Virus record (IMG/VR): IMGVR_UViG_2554235126_000004
Length of the DNA: 39,628 nucleotides
DNA from: a virus
Lineage: Duplodnaviria > Heunggongvirae > Uroviricota > Caudoviricetes
Reading direction: 5' to 3' (one strand)
Each line of letters starts with the position of its first letter. Positions within the stretch are counted from its first letter, which is position 1. Of the stretch, positions 35,237-39,628 are shown piece after piece. The notes beneath the pieces are model-generated. The model saw only the letters and a list, made by a program, of their open reading frames with translations. It searched no databases and was not told the DNA's origin. The translations under genes and the position numbers were made by a program.

Positions 35237-37126
35237 TTAATCGTATTTTGGCCATACTTTCAATGCAATTTCCCCCAACTTTTTACCTCGCTCCAGTATT
35301 TCACTCTCATCCCATTTATCCTTAAGTATAAGTGGTATGTTCAGTCGTAGATTGGTGTGGACGATGAGAGCATCACGTTTTTTCAGAAATACAGCATTCT
35401 GAACGGAACGGTTTACGCTAAGGTTAAGCAAAGTTAGATTTCCCAACGTAGCTATCGCTTGTTGCCGTTTCCTTACCAGTAGCTGTTCAGGGGTAAGATC
35501 GGTTCCAGACAGAACAATTTGGTTCATTACCGTAGCATCTGAATTTGTCACCATATGACCATTTTCGAGAGGCCAACAGGAATACCAACTTTGAGGCATA
35601 AGATGATCGATATCGAGATTAGAAAGATTTGGAACATCAGGCTTTTCTGTCTTCACTTGGCGACAAAGTTCTCTTTCAAGTTCCGTTAACATTGAGCGCA
35701 TTTTCGGTGCGTCGAGCCTGCCAGGATAAAGTGGAGCATTGATGCAAGCGTTGAGAAATTCTGAGTCCCCAGGCCAACGTGAGGCTTCGCCATTTAAGCT
35801 ATTGAGGATATTACGTAACTCAACACTGGAAATTTCCGTTTTAGACAAGTGTCGCAATACATTCATAAATACATTGTTGTAATTCTTTGGCGTCAGGCCA
35901 CATACGGATCTTCGTACTACGTAGGAGACAAGATCATTATACATGGCTGCTTTCTCATCATCGGCGATGTTAGCTATCGAAATGAACAAAGCAAGCGGAT
36001 AGAGTGTCGTCACATCATAGGCTGCGATGCGATGTCCAAAGTGTGAGATGGGGGTTGTGCCAAAACCACCAACCAATTCTTTATATTGTGATGCATATTG
36101 TTTGAGGCGCTTTACTTGCAGATCTGCTCGTTGTGAAGGCAAGTCCTTACTTACATAATCACGATACTCATTGTAAAGGCGAGACAGATCAATTTCACGC
36201 TGCCTTTCTGATTGCAATGTCGCATGTACAAGCCACTCCATGCGTGGTTTATTAATACGTCCACGGCGTTGCTTTTCCGACCAGTATTTATCTTCAAAGA
36301 TCTTCCACTCATTTTCATATAATTCAATAGCATTAATATTTTCATGCTCAGCGCACATAAAGATATAGTTGCGAATAAGATCCGTTGCATGAAGTTCCGC
36401 TCCTCGCCCATTTAATGTTTCAAAAATTATTTGGGCATCATCTTCAGCTTCGAGAAATATGCTTACCAGTTTCAGATCCGTCAAGACAGCCTCAATTAGT
36501 GCTACAGCATTTTCTTGTGGTGAGTGGTTTTCTATTTTAATCCATTTTATAAAGGCTTCAGTAAAAAACCATAATGCCTCTAGTGACGGCGGGTGGTTGA
36601 AATGTTTACGTAACGTACCATGTTGCGTGAAGCTATCAGAAAATACATTACGGAGATCGTCAATATTATCAACATTAAGACTTTGAATAAAATGAGTTTG
36701 ATCTCGAAAAGTTGGCCACAGTTTGAAGCATTCTACCTTTTTATTTCTCATCGTTGCTTCGTTTGTATTTTTCAAGCAAGTCAATACTAACCCTTCCAGT
36801 TCAGAAAGGCCTGTAGCACGCAATGATAATCGAATGGATGCCAGAATATATTGAAGAGTGGTTAAACGTTGCTGGCCGTCAATAATATGTATGGTATCTA
36901 CACCTAACAAGCTGTTTTTGAGTTGAGGTTCCAGCACCACCGCGCCGAGGAAATGAGGGGTTGGTTTTGTTCCCGAAAGTCGGCTCTGTGCTTTTTCGAA
37001 GATATCCTCCAGCAAAGCTGACCATTGGTTTCGTTGCGTCCATACGTAGGCACGTTGATAGAATGGAACACGATATTGTCGTTGATTTTGGAAAATTTGC
37101 TGGATGGTTAGCGTTTCGGATTTCAT
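35237..37126 (-). CDS. GmrSD-family type IV restriction endonuclease-like protein (DUF262 N-terminal, DUF1524 His-Me finger C-terminal)
   Basis: 629 aa; N-terminal FYQRAYVW and IIDGQQRLTTL (DGQQR) motifs; C-terminal ...DIDHLMPQSW...GNLTLLNLSVNRS; AT-rich. Confidence 0.8.
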   Translation of the reverse strand: MKSETLTIQQIFQNQRQYRVPFYQRAYVWTQRNQWSALLEDIFEKAQSRLSGTKPTPHFLGAVVLEPQLKNSLLGVDTIHIIDGQQRLTTLQYILASIRLSLRATGLSELEGLVLTCLKNTNEATMRNKKVECFKLWPTFRDQTHFIQSLNVDNIDDLRNVFSDSFTQHGTLRKHFNHPPSLEALWFFTEAFIKWIKIENHSPQENAVALIEAVLTDLKLVSIFLEAEDDAQIIFETLNGRGAELHATDLIRNYIFMCAEHENINAIELYENEWKIFEDKYWSEKQRRGRINKPRMEWLVHATLQSERQREIDLSRLYNEYRDYVSKDLPSQRADLQVKRLKQYASQYKELVGGFGTTPISHFGHRIAAYDVTTLYPLALFISIANIADDEKAAMYNDLVSYVVRRSVCGLTPKNYNNVFMNVLRHLSKTEISSVELRNILNSLNGEASRWPGDSEFLNACINAPLYPGRLDAPKMRSMLTELERELCRQVKTEKPDVPNLSNLDIDHLMPQSWYSCWPLENGHMVTNSDATVMNQIVLSGTDLTPEQLLVRKRQQAIATLGNLTLLNLSVNRSVQNAVFLKKRDALIVHTNLRLNIPLILKDKWDESEILERGKKLGEIALKVWPKYD

Positions 37127-37936
37127 TGTTTACCTATAAATAACATTAAGTGACATTCCACAAGAGTAAGAAATTCATCTGAGTCAGAACAATCATTTTT
37201 ATGTAGTTATGATACAGTGTATTTGTTACTGGTGAAGTAAAAATAAGAAACCCCGCTTTTGAATGCTGACGCGCTACGGTTTCATTGGATATTTTTTGTC
37301 TCTCCTCCATCCCGTTGGTGTTCTGTTTAGAATGATAACTTGCTGTTTTTATTGATATTAGTTTATTGCGCCGCCCAATCATGGTTGGTGGGTTGGTGGG
37401 AGTTAAATCCACATTGGTATGAATAACATAGAATATGAATTAGTGTTTCAGAATTGCTTCAGCCATCACTTTTTAATACGTTCAATTTGAATGTTTATTT
37501 CCGAAACAATTTTTTCAGGTTTCAGTCCCTCGTTAGATTGCACAAAATCTCTAATTTGCATCATTCGATGTGCACAAATTTATAATTCGCTATAAACACT
37601 TAGCTCGTCAGATTCATTTTGAGATTGTTCACCTATTTAAAATTCTACATAAGTATGTGGCGGATTGTGATAAACACGAGAAATCGGGGTTGGCCACCAT
37701 TCCTCACCGGTCACTACGTCCGCATCGAATAGTACAGTTTTGTCAATTTCCATTAATTTCTGGATAAGAACAGAAGTTTTCAAGCGAACCTCCATTTGGC
37801 CATAAAGTGGTTATCAAAACGCTACGTAAACTATACAAAATCAGCGAGTTATGGTGAAGGTAAAAAAACAAGTTTAGATGTTCGTTAAGCATAAAATTGT
37901 TTTAATTCAATTGGATATAATAATTTTCTAAATCTA

Positions 37937-38101
37937 ATGTTACGCCATATGGGCTGGACTGAAGCCGCAGACTTGATTGTTAAAGGTATGGAAGGCGCAA
38001 TCAATGCGAAGACCGTAACCTATGATTTCGAACGTCTGATGGAAGGTGCTAAACTGCTGAAATGCAGCGAGTTTGGTGATGCGATCATCAAGAACATGTA
38101 A
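37937..38101 (+). pseudogene. icdC: icd (isocitrate dehydrogenase) 3'-terminal fragment at prophage/chromosome junction
   Basis: Translation [54 protein letters not shown] matches the Icd C-terminus as recalled; no upstream icd coding sequence. Confidence 0.8.
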
Positions 38102-38124
38102 TTACTACATGTGTTAAATATTGT

Positions 38125-38156
38125 AACGGGCGTATAACACGCCCGTTGTTTTATTT
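38125..38156 (+). terminator. rho-independent terminator following icd fragment
   Basis: Stem AACGGGCG/CGCCCGTT, 7-nt loop, followed by GTTTTATTT. Confidence 0.75.
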
Positions 38157-38203
38157 ATGTGGATATTATTAATATCATGTCGAGAATATTTATATGAAGG
38201 CCA

Positions 38204-38527
38204 TTACTTGAGTCCATATGGGCATATTTTTATAATACAACTATTATGTAAACATTTATTTGTTATTTCGCTTTCTCCTGGAGGACACTCTTGACTGCTT
38301 TTGAGTAAACTCCATAAATTCTTGTTGAATGGTGCAATGTTATAAATAGTAATAGGATATTCTTTATCCTCAAGGATAATACCAGGCTTAACCGGTGTAA
38401 ATATACTTCCAGGAGGAAGAAATATAGTAGATTGATACCAGATGATCATTTTCATATCACCCCATATGGCTGAAAAAGATATGCCGCATGTAGGTTGAAT
38501 TACCGTGTCAATTACTACCCACTTCAT
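38204..38527 (-). CDS. iraM: anti-adaptor protein IraM
   Basis: 107 aa; [23 protein letters not shown]...[16 protein letters not shown] closely matches E. coli IraM as recalled. Confidence 0.85.
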   Translation of the reverse strand: MKWVVIDTVIQPTCGISFSAIWGDMKMIIWYQSTIFLPPGSIFTPVKPGIILEDKEYPITIYNIAPFNKNLWSLLKSSQECPPGESEITNKCLHNSCIIKICPYGLK

Positions 38528-38985
38528 TTGTTATGTCTTATCCCACGGTATTTAATATAGTTCATTTGGATGTTCATTTCTTTATTTTGCATATGAGTAT
38601 ATTACCCTTCAAAAAAATAAATTAATTAAAACGATTGCTTATATAAAACAAAATTTAAAGCAAGTAATCTCAATAGAGATTAAACAAAATGAGATTTAGT
38701 GAAAACATTAAATCATTCACTTCGTTTTAGATTTGTTTAGTTAAAATGTTATACATTCAAATGACTGAACATCCTGTAATTAAAACATAGCCTTTATGCT
38801 ACTTTGCGCTAATTTGCTAAACATTATGATTGGCCTTTTTATATAACGATAATGATGAATATAAGCATGACATGAGAATAAGGTTTCAATTTTTGAGTTA
38901 TATAGGAATGATTTAACCTGTTCCTGGCTAAAATACATATAACCGGATGATGACTAAACCAAAACACATGTGCGTTAAGTATTGA

Positions 38986-39016
38986 AACGGACGTATGGCA
39001 CGCCCGTTGTTTTTAT
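38986..39016 (+). repeat. second, diverged copy of the icd-terminator element (direct repeat flanking iraM)
   Basis: ACATGTGCGTTAAGTATTGAAACGGACGTATGGCACGCCCGTTGTTTTT is about 80 percent identical to 38108-38156. Confidence 0.5.
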
Positions 39017-39223
39017 AAATATGTTAACCGTTATAAAATAACGTATAGAAAGTCAAGTAATCACATTTCAAATATCAATTTGATAGTATTGATCTGGTGA
39101 TTATTTATGGGTGGCAATAAAAAGATAGTATTACTCATCCATATGAATAGTCTCTGCACTTTTATTTCCATTATGCTAATGCCTTACTGAATTATGAAGT
39201 ATTTTTTAAGCATCCAACTTTAG

Positions 39224-39628
39224 CTAGATTAATGGTTTATTATTTTCTACATCTTCAATATATAAAAGCGTATTATCAATGGCGTAGTAACTGCGTTTGT
39301 TATGATTAACATCAGTAACCCACCGGAAAACGCCCGCGTCTGCCAGTGTTGAACAGTATTCCCGAAATGTTGATTTTCCGCAAATATGAAGCAATGCGGC
39401 CTCTTTTATTTTAGCAGGGTTCTTGGTCGTACTAACTTTTAACAGGTTCCTGGTTCCTCTTAATAACAAAACCGTGTCATCGTGAGTAATAATTCTGATG
39501 TTATCCGTAGCCAGATAATAAATGTAATGTGCAATACGGTGATGTTTTAATTCTGAATAAAACCAGGAGAAGTTTTGCTCTTTTCTCACTTGCTCAAACA
39601 TCTTTTGAAAAACAACAACCTGATCCAT
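39224..39628 (-). CDS. ycgX: YcgX-like (DUF1398-type) protein; start codon at window edge
   Basis: 134-aa ORF beginning MDQVV at the last bases of the window; position after iraM matches K-12 gene order as recalled. Confidence 0.55.
   Translation of the reverse strand: MDQVVVFQKMFEQVRKEQNFSWFYSELKHHRIAHYIYYLATDNIRIITHDDTVLLLRGTRNLLKVSTTKNPAKIKEAALLHICGKSTFREYCSTLADAGVFRWVTDVNHNKRSYYAIDNTLLYIEDVENNKPLI

Larger units (their letters stand above)
1..37936. mobile_element. lambdoid e14-like prophage (left end outside window; right junction at icd 3'-end fragment)
   Basis: Contiguous int/xis, cI/cro switch, replication, Q, lysis, terminase, HK97-type head, Mu-like tail and invertible fibre segment; ends at icd 3' fragment followed by iraM. 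Boundaries approximate. Confidence 0.85.

Noticed and set aside
37146-37767. Small ORFs (37146..37412 minus, 37570..37767 plus) in the AT-rich spacer between the restriction gene and the icd fragment
   Set aside because: No RBS, low-complexity AT-rich translations; region more likely holds the restriction-gene promoter or decayed remnants.
38540-38600. Possible PhoP-box-like direct repeat (GTTCAT-N5-GTTCAT) upstream of iraM
   Set aside because: Match to the TGTTTA-N5-TGTTTA consensus is imperfect and spacing uncertain by eye; not confident enough to call as a feature.
1-39628. tRNA or rRNA genes
   Set aside because: No sequence with recognisable tRNA hallmarks (e.g. GGTTCGAATCC-type T-arm) or rRNA-like conservation was seen on either strand.

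Overview
Almost the whole window (about 1 to 37.9 kb) is a lambdoid, e14-like prophage; the last 1.7 kb is Escherichia-type chromosome (an icd 3'-end fragment, then iraM and a ycgX-like gene). All family assignments are from reading the translated ORFs and the DNA by eye; no database search was run, so names are recalled resemblances, not hits. Backbone, left to right: integrase and excisionase, early-left genes (HD-domain nucleotidase, YfdQ-like, YfdP-like), a cI/cro immunity switch with GTAC-containing palindromic operators, a replication gene with internal iteron-like repeats, RusA, a KilA-N antirepressor, Q antiterminator, lysis cassette, HNH endonuclease plus small and large terminase, an HK97-type head module, a Mu-like contractile tail and baseplate, and a tail fibre with a Gin/Pin-type invertible segment. 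Five AT-rich cargo loci interrupt this backbone and are the main candidates for accessory or defence functions: (1) an overlapping two-gene cassette (298-aa protein plus 4-TM membrane protein) downstream of int, with no family I can recognise; (2) a 144-aa / 68-aa convergent gene pair beside a GC-rich structured non-coding region; (3) a TIR-like domain protein inserted on the opposite strand between Q and the late promoter; (4) a promoter-gene-terminator moron encoding a signal-anchored protein between the tape measure and DNA-circulation genes; (5) a GmrSD-like (DUF262/DUF1524) type IV restriction gene that has replaced the 3' part of the tail-fibre invertase. The two-gene cassette and the TIR-like moron are the best candidates for an undescribed system. 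Other notable points: an in-frame TAG splits the HK97-type major capsid gene, and the tail chaperone carries a -1 frameshift site (T TTT TTC).
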